A stretch of 64,000 bases of DNA from Chara braunii (Eukaryota; Plantae; Charophyceae): assembly GCA_003427395.1 (NCBI GenBank), contig BFEA01000010.1, positions 3,856,888 to 3,920,887 of the forward strand, written 5' to 3'. Below are positions 21,107 to 33,068 of this stretch, in pieces. Position numbers and translations under genes: made by a program. The notes under the pieces are model-generated. The model was given only the letters and a program-made list of their open reading frames with translations. It made no database searches and was not told where the DNA came from. Within the stretch, counting starts at the first letter, position 1, and every line of letters begins with the position of its first letter.

Positions 21107-21541
21107 TTAGTACTCATTATCATAATCCCAGTAATCCCCAAGTTCCGAGTCCGAGAAATCGGCGAGACACCGGTCCACCCAAGACCCGGCCTCCGAGCCT
21201 TCCCCCGTTACGTTCTCGAATCCCCAATCGTCCCCCTCGTCCGAACTCTTGGCTAGATTTGACACCCCTTCCCCCTTTTTCTCGTTGTGAGCCGAACTGC
21301 CCCTTTCTTCCGAACCCTGGTCTCCCTTCCCTGCTACCGCGCGTCTCGCCGTTAGTCCATGAGGACCAAGGACAATAGGCAACGCCCTTTCCCTCCACAC
21401 AGAAGGTATCCCTGGCCCCTCTCGAACCCCGCTTTATTCTCTCTCCCTAGTGTCCACTATCTCTTCCCCACGTGCGGACCCACTCGCACAATTCTCCCGG
21501 ACGACACTTCCCCCGCTTGTTTGATTGCTTTTCACCCTCAT
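21107..21541 (-). pseudogene. Possible further leader ORF0 (~144 codons, low complexity, acidic D/W/Y-rich C-terminus)
   Basis: ATG at 21541 is in frame with ORF 21107..21400 across a single TAA; ends SWVDRCLADFSDSELGDYWDYDNEY*. Confidence 0.35.
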
Positions 21542-22007
21542 TCAAACCCCACAAGCAAACTATTTTACCCTCTTAATTTGTAGATTTTCTCGAAGCAAAC
21601 ACACAAAAACATCCCACCTCCCAGCAAGGATCTGACCTGGATTTTCGAAAGTCGTAAGCAGGGCCGAAGTCGCAAGCGGGGCCGGCGCGGACCTGCAAAA
21701 TCAAGAAATTTCAACACCCCAAGTTCCTCGCACCCAAACAGCCCAGCAACCCCTCCACACAGAAAATAAGGCCTCAATCGAACACACGCCCAGAAGTCGC
21801 CCAAAAAAAAAGTCGTCGTCAAAAAAGTCGTCGTGAAAAAAGTTGTGTTCGAAGGTTGCCGCCAAAAAGTGTCGAGGAACGTCGATGCCGAAAAACCGTC
21901 GAAAAAGTCGATGCTGATAACCAAAAAAAAAACCTCCGCAACCTGTCACGCTCGTCCTCCCCCAACCCATGTTCCTTGAGCCGGATGAGGCTGCGGGAGG
22001 AAGCTCA

Positions 22008-22025
22008 TCCTCGGCAACAATGCCA
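22008..22025 (-). promoter_or_regulatory. Primer-binding site of element B, tRNA-Asp-like
   Basis: TGGCATTGTTGCCGAGGA, 3 nt after the 5' LTR; 14/18 match to TGGCGCCGTTGCCGGGGA, with all four differences being transitions. Confidence 0.7.
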
Positions 22026-22028
22026 ATT

Positions 22029-23079
22029 TGTCGAACAACTGGCTCTCTTTATACCCTATCGGCGACAACTTACCTCCCATGCCCATACCCGACCGGACTT
22101 TTGAGGAGAGTGAACTCACCCCCGCCTTTCCTAGCGCCCGGACTTGGGCAGGAACCGCCTCCCGGGAATCTTTTGAGCCCTGAGCGCCTCTTCCGGCAGG
22201 AAGGTGGAAACAGTGGTCCAACACCGAGCGGACCTTTCCTGGCCCGCCGGCATCTAGCCGGCATAAGGCGCGTTGGAATGGTGGGTTCACACCGTCGTCG
22301 TGCAACCCGCCGAACACTCGAAACACTCAGCGTTCGAAAGGAATTAGGGGAAGGGAAAATTTTGAAAGCTCGGCTCACGCCGTCAGCGCGTAACCAGCAA
22401 AACGCCGCATCGGAACGAAAATCAGAAAGGAAAGTCTCGATCAACATGTAACCACCAAACACAGTCCCGAAATGAGAGTCACAATGGAAAATCCCGATTG
22501 CTTGGCACAGTGTTCGGACAAGAGTCTGAAAGGAAATCCTCGATTGCTTGGCTCAAGTGACACAGTATCGGAACAAGAGTCTAGAAGGTAAGTCTCGATC
22601 GCTTGGCTCACAGTGTCGGAGCAAGAGTCTAAAGGGTAAGTCTCGATTGCTTCAAGTTGGTTCCCGCAACCAGCCAACACAGTATCGGAAAGCGAGCCTG
22701 GAAGGAAAGTCTCGATTGCTTGGGTGTAACCAGCAAGCACCGTATTGAAACAAGAGTCTAAAAGGAAAACCTCGATTGCTTGGATCACGTAACCAGCAAA
22801 CACAGCGTTGGAACAAAAGTATGAAAGGAAAATCTCTATTACTTGGTTCACGTAACCAGCAAAACACAGTGTTGGAACAAGTGTTTGGAAGGAAAGCCTC
22901 TATTGCCGGCACGTAGTGTCGGAAAGGCACCTAGCAAAAAAAAAATTACGAGCTTTGCGCTCACGGACAGGGGCCAACGCTGCCCTGGTAACCCGCCCCG
23001 TTCTAGGACCGGTGCAGATACCTTAACCCAGGGCCAAGGCTCTGCCAGCACACGCGAGAGCCCTCTGCCTCTCCTTTCC

Positions 23080-23154
<75 letters not shown>

Positions 23155-23263
23155 NNNNNNNNNNNNNNNNNNNNNNNNNNNNNNNNNNNNNNNNNNNNNN
23201 NNNNNNNNNNNNNNNNNNNNNNNNNNNNNNNNNNNNNNNNNNNNNNNNNNNNNNNNNNNNNNN

Positions 23264-23299
<36 letters not shown>

Positions 23300-24993
23300 G
23301 CGAGATGAGAAGGGGGGCTAACCGACGGGGCTGATTTCAAATTTCTTAGTAACTGTCAAGGAAATCGGTTGCGCTGGAGGCAGCGAAACGTTGGCAGTAA
23401 GAGGGGGATCGCATTCGATCTAAGAGGTCCGGGATGAAGGCTGAGGAAGAGAGGAGCCAAAGGAAGGGGCGGATGGAGAATGACCTCACGAAATCTGTGA
23501 GAAGAAGGGGGCGCACTCCGATCTTCTTGACAACGGTTAGGAAAGCAGGCAGCGAGGAACAACGGGAGACGTGCATTGGAGAAAGAGCGGGATGCGCGGG
23601 TTGGGGGGATCCATGCGCACCTACCGCCCGGATCCGGAAGACAAACAGCGAGGGGGATCCTATTGGAGACTCACATGGAAAGAGGATCGAGAGCTATGCG
23701 CGGGAGCAGGAGAAGGGAACAAGGGGAGGAGAAAGTAAGGGCGGGAAGAAGGGAAATTTGGCGAAGACTTCAGTTTCGCGGCCTGCACGCGTGGGACTTG
23801 AGCTCCAGAAGAGTGAGAAGAAGAGTATAAAGAGAGGAGAGGCGAGGAGAACAGGAGGAGAAAAGTTATTGGGAGTTCGGGAGGGTGCTCGGAGCGCACG
23901 AGAATTGCGCATGAACGGTCCGGTCAGCTGAGAAACGGGCGTACGAGCGGATTGGGCACGCAGGGAGAGAACGAGGGAACTCAGAAGAGGGCTCGCACTA
24001 CGTTCGGACGCAGACAAAGGAGAGGACGGCTGGCGACGCAACCACGGGCGGTCACCGAGTGCACGGTGAAGCCAGCTCGCTCGAGTGGTTCTTGTGGCAA
24101 GACGAACGGAGATGAAGGAACACTAGGGAGAGGTCGTGTGCAAAGGTGTTAGTTCGTTCGAGAGTGTTCGGGGATGTGCGAGCGCTCGAGCTTAGAGTGC
24201 ACCGAGCAAGCGTCCTGAGCAGGGAAGACGGGAGCGAAAGAGAGGGATAAAGAAGTAAGAGAGAGGAAGGGTAGGCGGAAGTACGAGGCGAGCAGAGGCC
24301 CCCACGGCCTCTCGGGGCGATCGGCAGAACCCCAGCTGAAGAGGATCCCACAGCACCTGCTTCCGTTGAGCTGACCGCGCGGTCGTTTGATCACCCTCGT
24401 ATCATCATCCCTGGCCGGCCCCTCCATTATCGTTAGTGGCCATCCCTTTCCTTTTCCGAGCATCTTTTCGGCGGCCGCTCTTCAGTGGAAAACGATCCAG
24501 CTTGACTGCCAGCTGGAGATGCCGTCTACGTCCATTGATTTCCCCTAGTCACAGCAAGTCGTGAACAGGCCCCGCTTCGCGCCGCGTGGAAGTTACCAAG
24601 CTGTGGGGGGCGGCTGCAAGATCCTTAGCCTCACATCCAGCTTCAAGCACACCCCTTGACCCACTTTGGCGAGCTCCGTGGCTGTCATCAGTCATCCCGA
24701 CATCACTTTCCTTAAGTATCTTCCCCCCCTTAGTCCCAACGCCAGCCGCTCCTTCTCCCTTCTCGGGTGCCTTGTCAAAATTCTGGTTTCTCGTCCACGC
24801 TAGGCCTCGCTTGCAACCACCGTCTCGGGTCGTCCTTGCCTGTCCGAAGGTCAGTATGGGGAATGAAAAAAACAAGATCACCCCCAAGACCCTCATCCAT
24901 TCGCATTCACGCACCAGAACATCATCTGGACCCCAAAAAACTTTCTTTTGTTGGGTACAAAGGAGTACCCGGCTGGTAGGCAGCCGCCCGACA
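22029..24993 (-). repeat. 5' LTR of element B (~2.97 kb, includes a tandem array, TC/CA microsatellites and an N gap)
   Basis: tgtcgaacaact...ccgcccgaca termini match the other LTR; adjacent to the PBS. Confidence 0.88.
22387..22930. repeat. Degenerate tandem array, about 9 units of 45-70 bp, inside the 5' LTR of B
   Basis: Recurrent gtaaccagc..acagtgtcggaacaagagtct..aaggaaa..ctcgattgcttgg. Confidence 0.85.
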
Positions 24994-25125
24994 CCGGGTA
25001 AGATTCAGACATCATCTGGACCCCAACGAAGATCGGTGGTTCACCAGAGAAGAACTCATAAGAACTGCACCTCAAGTCGTTGCAGGCTATGAAAGAGATC
25101 TTAAAGGGAAGATGCTTGTAGATTA
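24994..25125 (+). pseudogene. C-terminal half of the A1 integrase chromodomain
   Basis: RVRFRHHLDPNEDRWFTREELIRTAPQVVAGYERDLKGKMLVD*. Confidence 0.85.
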
Positions 25126-25165
25126 GAAAACTTCTCTGAGGACTATGAAGTGCAGGAGGAGGGAA

Positions 25166-26167
25166 TGCGAGGATATGGGTCCTTGGCAGGCCTAAGGGGC
25201 CCCCTGCAGCATATGTGCCCGCCCTAAGTGAAGGCGGGCCTAACAAATCACGAGAGGCCCTTGGCTGTCAATTTCGCATTTGGGGTCCAAGCAGTTTCGT
25301 CGCGCCAGTTGGTTGAAGGGAAACACAGTCCGAGCAGCGTGGAAATTCCCAGGCCTTCTAGGCCTTTCCGAAAGCACAGGCCCTGGGCGAGATTCGAAGC
25401 CTCATACACAGACAGTTGGGAGGCCCAACCGAATGAGGCCAGTAGCTGCACTAGACGTGCAGCATCCTGGGGCCTACCGAAAGCTTCTGGGCCCAGGCTA
25501 GTCCAACCAGGCTGCCGAACGAGGCAGGCTCTGTCCATACAGAAAAGAGCTCGCTGCCTGGCCAGCCATTCGGGCACTCGCATGCTGGCGGCAGCGCTGC
25601 TGGAGCTGAAGCTCGTGGGCTGCTGCTAGCGCTGAGCGGCGAGGTGCAGGCACGTGCGGTCGTGCAGTGAGCAAGGCGTTGCTGAGGGCAGCACCATAGC
25701 CAAGCCTCCATAGCTGGCAGGGCTTGGATGGACATTGAGGCCCAGGGGTGGTCTTCATATGTACAAAAAAGGAAGACGTGGGAGAGAGTAAAGGGAGAGA
25801 GAGAAGGATGATGATGATGATGATGTGAGGGCACATACCTGGTATTGGTGATGGTCCTGCATGGGCGACATCTTCAAGTACTTCGGGTGTTGTGGACGTC
25901 AACAATTGCATTGTCAATTAGTAGGCTAGTAGTAGTTGTGAAGGGAGTAGGCTGGGCGCGGAGCGCCAAGTAGGGAGATAGAGACTGGATACATATGTTG
26001 GTGGTGGCGAGAGCAAGCTTTCATTGACATTGACTTTCAGTGCTATGATTTTCCATTGGTGTTATATTGGTGCAATGTTGCTTCCTGAACACTGTGTTAT
26101 GATTTGGCTTTCAATGTGATTGTGCAATCTGAATATTGTCATCTCGCTTTTGTTCATTTGCCTTGCA
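25166..26167 (+). repeat. Family A LTR shared by copies A1 and A2
   Basis: Preceded by PPT aggaggagggaa; termini TGCGAGG...CCTTGCA; followed by a tRNA-iMet-type PBS tggtatcgaagc at 26171. Confidence 0.85.
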
Positions 26168-26599
26168 ATTTGGTATCGAAGCTGGTTCGAAGTGCGCTCA
26201 TTGGTTCTTCACAATAGATGTTCGGTGCTTCGCATGAGGTGTGGGGCAGTGATAAGGCTTGGGCATTGAACGTAAGGCGGCCCAGGGTCGTGTGGGCGCG
26301 CCAGGAAGCTATGTGGTGACATTAGGGTTGTACGCTAGATGATGAAAGCTCGATGATGTGGCATTTAAGCTTCTAGCGTACAAGGTGGAACTGCATTCTG
26401 CTGTTGGTTGTGTCGAGGCAAAGACCCGTCATCATAAATGCACATCAGGTTGCCGGTGAGAAATCTGTGGTTGGGGGTAGCAGGTGTTGATTCTGGTTGT
26501 GATCGTCGTCTTGTCTACGACGTTAAATAATTCCTGAGGAGTTACGGGTGCAATTTGGTATCGAAGCTCGTTGCAACCTGTTTCTTGGTATTGACGTTA

Positions 26600-29036
26600 A
26601 ATCGGTCGTACTATCGACGATAGTGGTTACTACAGTCCCACTGTCAAGCCAGGCCCAGGTTAGTGTGCAGCAACCTGTTTCGGTGGCTATGCAGCCACTA
26701 CAGCAATCCCCTGGGCCAATGCAGCTTATGCAATGAATGCCCAAAATATCCTTGCTGAGTCCTAAGCCCTTCTCCGGCGACAGGAAGAAGGATGAGGATT
26801 TGGACACTTGGGTAAGGACGGTGCCTACCTATGTGAGGCACAAGTTTATCAGGCCGGAGCAAGAAGTTGTAGTGGCTGCCTCCTTTCTAGAGGGGTCAGC
26901 AGCCCGCTTGTTGAATGACATAGTGCAACAGCAAGGCTACAGTCAAAATTTCGATGCCTGGGCCCAGGCCCAGACATTGGAAGAGTTCGTACAGTCCGTG
27001 TATAATAGGTGGCATGACCCACAAGGGGCCCAACAGGCCAGAAAACACATACGCGATCAACAGTCTTGTGCCAAAAGGTACAAGAATGTTAGAGAGCTTA
27101 CGAATTCCGTAGAACGTCTGTTCGTGGTACCTGGTGTATACTATGACGAACAGGTACTCATTACGGATTACCTTAGATGTCTGCCTTTAAAGGTTAGGAC
27201 AAAGTTGGTAGACGAGGCCTATGTCGAACAACACAACTTTGTTTCATTCAACAAGAAGGCCTTAGACATAAAGGCAAAATTGGGATCTGTGCATCAGAGT
27301 CAGGGGGATGATCGGAAGAAGAGACTACCCCAGAACTGGAAGAAGAAAGGTCAACTAATGTTCGTTGACCACGATGGTCAGGCGACAAAAATTGACGACT
27401 TCCCAGACCTTGGGGAGGAGACAGAGCACGATGGGGCCAGCGAGGCTTCGGATGGGGGAGTCGTAACACCCATCAAGGAAAAGACTAGGGGGACCGGGAA
27501 GAAGAAGGTAGGCCGATCTACGGGTTAGGGCGACCAAGGAACGAGTATGAGGTGTGGAGGGACCGAGTCGCTAGGGCCACGTGCATGAACTGTGGCAACT
27601 ACGGTCACACGTCCCAAACGTGCCGAGGCAAGAAAGTCCTGACAAGGGTAGCCTCCCCAATGGTGGTGGGACTATCTTCGAACCCTGGTGGTGCTTCTGC
27701 TAGCACTTCGCAGGGAGACACCTCGGGCCAGTAGGAGTTTTAGCCGTTCTTACTCGCGCTGAAGTGTGGTAACATTGCCTTCCCCACTTCAGGCGTTGGC
27801 CAGGGCTAGTGACCCACGTATCGCCCGACACACATATTCAGACCCACCGACGCTCTGTTCGAAAGATGTGTCTGAGGCCCTAGAAGAGTTAGAGACTGAG
27901 TGGTCAGAGAAGGACCCCAGAGACTCTTGGGCGATGACTTGTAGAGGTCCAAAGGGTGAACATTTCGTGGTAAAGGTTGATGTAGGGGACCGCAAAATTG
28001 GCGCCTTCGCAGACATAGGCTCTACACAAAACTTCATCGGTCGTGCTTGTGTGGATAGACTGCGCTTAGGGGACCAAGTGCAGCGGCTTAGCAGAACAGC
28101 AGCTTCTACGCTACCCAACAAGCACCAAATGGTAGTTAAAGACTATGTCAAGGACGTAGTTTGTTCCTTCTCTTATGGAGGAGGGGAAGTGAGACATAAA
28201 ATTTCATTCCTCGTCAATGATGAACTGCCCTTGTCTCTGAGAAAGGGGAGGTTGTTAAAATACTCTCAAAGATAGAATCAGTCGTCGCACAATATTTCGA
28301 CTTTTTTTAGGACCCCACAGGCGTGGTAGAGAGGGAGGTGGTCCATGCAATAGAGGTTGTCCCAAGTAGTAAGGTACCTAGAGGACGAATCTATAGGATG
28401 TCTCCTGCACAGTTGGATGAGCTCCGCTGCCAGCTCAAGGAGCTCACAGAAAAGGGATGGATTCGGCCTAGTACCTTTCCTTACGGCGCGCCGTCTTATT
28501 TGTCCCAAGGAAGGGAGGTACCTTGAGGATGTGCATTGATTATAGGGGCCTCAATGCCATCACAGTTAAGAACGCGGAGCCCCTACCCCGCATCGACGAC
28601 CTCTTGGATAGAGTGCAGGGATGTCAATACTTCACCAAGATAGATCTGAAGTCCGGATACCATCAAATTGCCATTAGACCTGAGGACCAGCACAAAACCG
28701 CATTTCAGACCAGGTATGGTCTGTACGAGTTTGTGGTGATGCCCTTTGGCCTATGCAATGCACCTGGTACTTTCCAACACGCGATGAACAAAATCTTTCA
28801 TGAGTACATAGACAAGTTTATCGTCGTGTACCTGGACAATATTCTTATCTGTAGTAGGATTGTAGAGGAGAACGCTGAGCACTTGAAAATAGTGCTAGGT
28901 CTCCTCAGACAGCACCGGTACAAGGTTAACTTGGAGAAATGCGAGTTTGGTTGCACCAAGATCGTGTACTTGGGTCATGAAATCTCAGCAGATGGACCGA
29001 GGCCGGATGATGCTAAGGTGGCCAGCATACGAGATT
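26600..29036 (+). pseudogene. Family A copy A2 gag-protease-RT, truncated at element C
   Basis: Gag PKPFSGD..W, CMNCGNYGHTSQTC; protease FADIGSTQNFI; [37 protein letters not shown]. Confidence 0.92.
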
Positions 29037-31458
29037 GGCCCGGGCTACCCCTAGGACAGACAGGCCCTAAGCGGCCTATGCTGCTAGACGGTCCTATAGC
29101 CTATAGCCGGGTCCGGTAGAGGCCGAGAGGCCGAAACAGCAACGGTACCGGTCGGTCAGTCAGTCCGGTCTAAGTCCTAGTAGTCTATAGATAGGTTAGG
29201 CCCATCGGTTCAGGACTTTTGGCAATTCATTTCTTGCGAACAGCGTTGGAGAAGCCAAGCAAGTTGGTGGCGGTACCTGTCTATTGGCGGCATCCTGAGA
29301 CAGACCACAACAGCGGCCATAGCCGGCCCTCTCTGAGCTTGCCACACTTGGGGCACCCTCAGCGCATCTACCCTTGGGGGTATTTGCGTATGGCCGGGCT
29401 ACGTTGAGGCTCTACACTGAGTGGTTCGTGGGTGGTGGCAGCCATAGCTGCCTGTTCCTTCGTCAGAGTTGTCCATCGGCACTGAAGACTTCATCGCAGG
29501 ACATGTTCTTCATCAGGGTGGTTGGCGCTGGCCTCTAAGAGGCTATTCAGATGCAACGCTACTAACTGGGTGTAGGATAGAGAGTGGGGTGTGAGTTTTG
29601 AGTGTGGCGAGATACTGGAACAAACTCTGTTACGATAATTGTGTGAGTGGTTCAGCATCAGTGACAGTTTCAATTGTGATCTTCGCAGGTTCTTTCTTGT
29701 GATTGGTTGTTGGGAGTTGTGTCAGAGAGCGAGAAACACTGTGTGTCTTCTCCCCTGCTATGCATAATTGTCTTCTGCTGTTTATCTTCACCTGTGTGCA
29801 GTGTGGACTCTGTCTCCTCTCTCCCCATCTCTTGTGCATGTATGGGCATGTATGAGATTGTCTGTTTGTGAGTGGCGAGAAAATTCGTCAAAGAACCAAG
29901 ATCATAACAGTTGGTATCGGAGCGAGATTGAAATTGGAGCACTGAGGGTTGAGCGCACTGAGGCATCTTTTTAATCTTGGCGATATACTGGTGAGAGCTT
30001 CATGGCGATTCATCCTCCCCAGTACTGAGTCAGCAGGGAAGAAGACTTTCAGCGGTGAATTCAAGTGTTCAGAGGCTGTATTGAACAAGCGCACTGAGCC
30101 TGTCAGGGCGCTTGGCAAGAAGTGGCGAGTACAGGGCTAATTCGCCATAGCCAACCCTGAGGGTGATACAGCGAATTACCCCAGAGTGGCTAATTACTCC
30201 AGAGGACATCAGGGAACCCTGAGCGACATCATCTCTGGGTGGCGCTGATAGAGATTGATGCAGGATATCAATCTCCGGGAGGAATAACCCCATCTGGGGC
30301 TATTTTTAGCATCAGCGGCTACCTGGCACTTTGGCGAGATATTTTGGAGTTGGCGAGTTAGGTGCCACAGGACCAGATACAGGGTATCTGGAGTGAAGGG
30401 GTGCAGCGCCACAGGATCCTGAAGAGGATCAACAATTTTGAGGAGGTTCTGTGCGTGGGATTGTCTGGGAGAAGCTCAGGAGGAAATTGGCAAGATAAGG
30501 GTTTCATCTGCCATAGCCAGATCTTCATCATCACCTGCAAGATTCTCTGCAAGTGAGTCCGTTCCATGCACCTACCTGAATTGCGATCCAGATAGTAGTA
30601 GATTAGTGAAAGATTATGGCCTATCTGTCTGTCAGTGCCTGGATATGAAAATCGCTGACTGCATGACAGCCATAACTATCTCTCTCCCTACCTCTCTCTG
30701 CTCATGTCTCATTATCTGTTGACTCTTTCTAGTCCAAACTTGTCCTGCGACAACTATACTATATTGCATTTGTTCTGGGATGATCAAACAGTGAATTCTG
30801 TACTGGAAAAGTAGTGATGCTGGGAATTGCTGTTTTGCGCCGAGTCTATTTTTAGCCTGTGCTACCTAGGGTCAGTCATAACTTCAATTTTGTCCGTCAG
30901 AATTCAGTTTTGTCATTCCCCAGTGAATCACAATTTGAAAACAGTCAGTACTGTCAAATCGCAGAGTTGGATTTCTAGTTTTTCACTGGATACAGTGAAA
31001 TCTGTGATTCGCCATACCCTAGGGTATGACCTCTAGAGTCATTAGTGTCTGAAATTGAGTCTGAGTCAGGATATCGGGTATCTGTCTATATCGCTTGTTG
31101 TGATTGATCTCTCTGTGTCTGTACTAACCATTTCCATCATTCCCACTGATTACACTTGTTTCTAGTGGACACTGAAATTTCTAGTGGGTCTCTGGAAAAC
31201 TAGTGGAATGACTGTGTGACTTCCAGTGTGGTCCAGGGTCAATAAAAGGAAATCGTGTGACTGATTTTGCTGGACTGACAGTCTATCTGACACCTGACCC
31301 CAGAGACACCCTTCTAACCCCAAACCGTTGATTGCCTACTCACCCACCTACTCCAGTGTTGAGTGCTGCAGCGATTCCAAAGTATCTGCAGAAATCTGCA
31401 TATCGCTGCAATTTTTTCTGCTGTTATTTTATTTTTGGTTTTTATTTGAACTGGGAAA

Positions 31459-33068
31459 ATGTCGGATAAGGGGAATGAGCAGCAGCCACATGTAGAGGTT
31501 ATGGTGAAGGCAGAAGGTGAACAACCTTCTTCCTCCACTACTCCCCGTCCACCTCTGACTGCTACTCAGTGGCAAAAGAAGGAGGCAGAAAAACAACTCA
31601 GACTGCAACAGGCCAGAGTGGCTGAATTGGAACGGGTGGAGGCTGCTAAGCTAGAGGCTGCAACAGATCACTCCAGAAGGGAGTATCTGTTGCAGCAGCT
31701 AGACAAGTCTCTTGCTGATGATCGATGCTCCCAGGTCACCAAGCACATGGCTGAGATGATCCTGCTGGAGCACAAGATCACCAGCTCCCAGTTCACAAAT
31801 TGGGATGATCGTTTTGTGCGCTGGAGCATCGGGTTGACGAGCTGTCAGCTTAGCAGTCCAAGATCCTGGACTCTATCCAGGCCTTGTCTGCTCAGCTGGC
31901 AACCGCCAAGCTGATTACTCCTCAGCTCCTTCTGCTGGAACCCAAAACCTCTCCTCCTCCTTCACCACCTCCTTCCCCTCCTACATCTGATGGGGGATCT
32001 GTATATTCTTCCCGGTCATCTACTCCTTCCCAAAAGGCCTCAGCAAAGGCCACCTATACTGCTGTGACTGCAGCAGACAGAGGGCCCAAGATCCCTGCTC
32101 CCAACAAGTTCAGGGGCGATGACCCCAAGACTGATGTTGGGGACTGGGCTGCTGGGACCAGAGCCTACTTGAGGGGCTTTGTCTGTGCAGAACAGACCAA
32201 GGTGGCAACTGTTTTGGGGCTGCTGGAACGGCCTACATTGAAGTGGGCCACCTCAACTTCCAGTAGTCTGCAACAGTCCATGGAGGACTGGGCTTTGGGT
32301 TAGGGGTAGATAAACCTCTGCAGGCCCTGAAGGACCGGTTTGCAGACAAGGAGCGGGCCCGCAAGGCTGTAGACAGGATTGCTCGCCTGGGACAGCAGCG
32401 GTACAGCGACACCCTACAAGCCTTGTTTGCTGAGTTCGAGCAGCTCACCTCCACCCCTAGACTGGTCATGTTACCTGATGATATGCTAACCAGTTTTTGC
32501 AGGGCAGCGCCTGAGAAGTTTGTTGTTGCACTCTACAACGCTGGGTATAAGGATTGGAGGTCCTTTGGTCGCGCAGCCCTGGAAATGGAGGGTAAGCTCC
32601 ATGTCCAGGCCCCAACCTCTGACAGGAGGAAGGGTGCCTTCCCTAAAGGCAACAGAAGGGGAAAGGTCGCCCTTACTCATGTGGGATCTACCTCAGGATT
32701 CACAGCCTGATGTGCCTTCAGGTGACACCGGATCTGCTGCTGAGACAGATGTTGCAGCAGTAGTGACTCAGGCTGTATTGGGAGATCTGCAAGCGCAGAA
32801 AAAGTATTCCCCCTCCACAGCCTCAGCCTCTACTAAGGGGAAGGATAAGGGACGTCGACCTTCCTCTTCCCAGCGCCCTAATCTGCCTAGAGACGTCCGC
32901 GTGCCAGCTGACCCTCTCAATCCCTCCTCGCTCCCCTTGCATGACCTCAAGATCCAGGAGGGAGTCTGGAGAAGAAGAAAGGAGAAGGGGGTCTGGCTGA
33001 GATGTGAGGGACAACACTTCTTAAAGGACTGCCCTTACATGCCAGGCCCGGGTCAGTCAAAAAACTGA
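31459..33068 (+). pseudogene. Element C gag (frameshifts and stops)
   Basis: Coiled-coil N-terminus, PNKFRGDDP..W capsid motif, degenerate knuckle [14 protein letters not shown]. Confidence 0.85.

Larger units (their letters stand above)
6899..24993 (-). mobile_element. Element B: 18.1-kb non-chromovirus Ty3/gypsy LTR retrotransposon with an accessory-ORF cassette upstream of gag
   Basis: Ends TGTCG...CGACA; 4-bp TSD CCGG (6895-6898, 24994-24997) whose removal restores host codons QYR|VRFRHH; gag-PR-RT-RH-INT order on the minus strand. Confidence 0.93.

Noticed and set aside
22387-22930. CRISPR-like repeat array
   Set aside because: Units are degenerate along their whole length with no unique spacers, in a eukaryotic LTR with no cas genes.
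29030-29045. TSD for element C
   Set aside because: The left LTR is truncated by a deletion with ggccc microhomology and the two flanks belong to different elements, so no TSD can be read.
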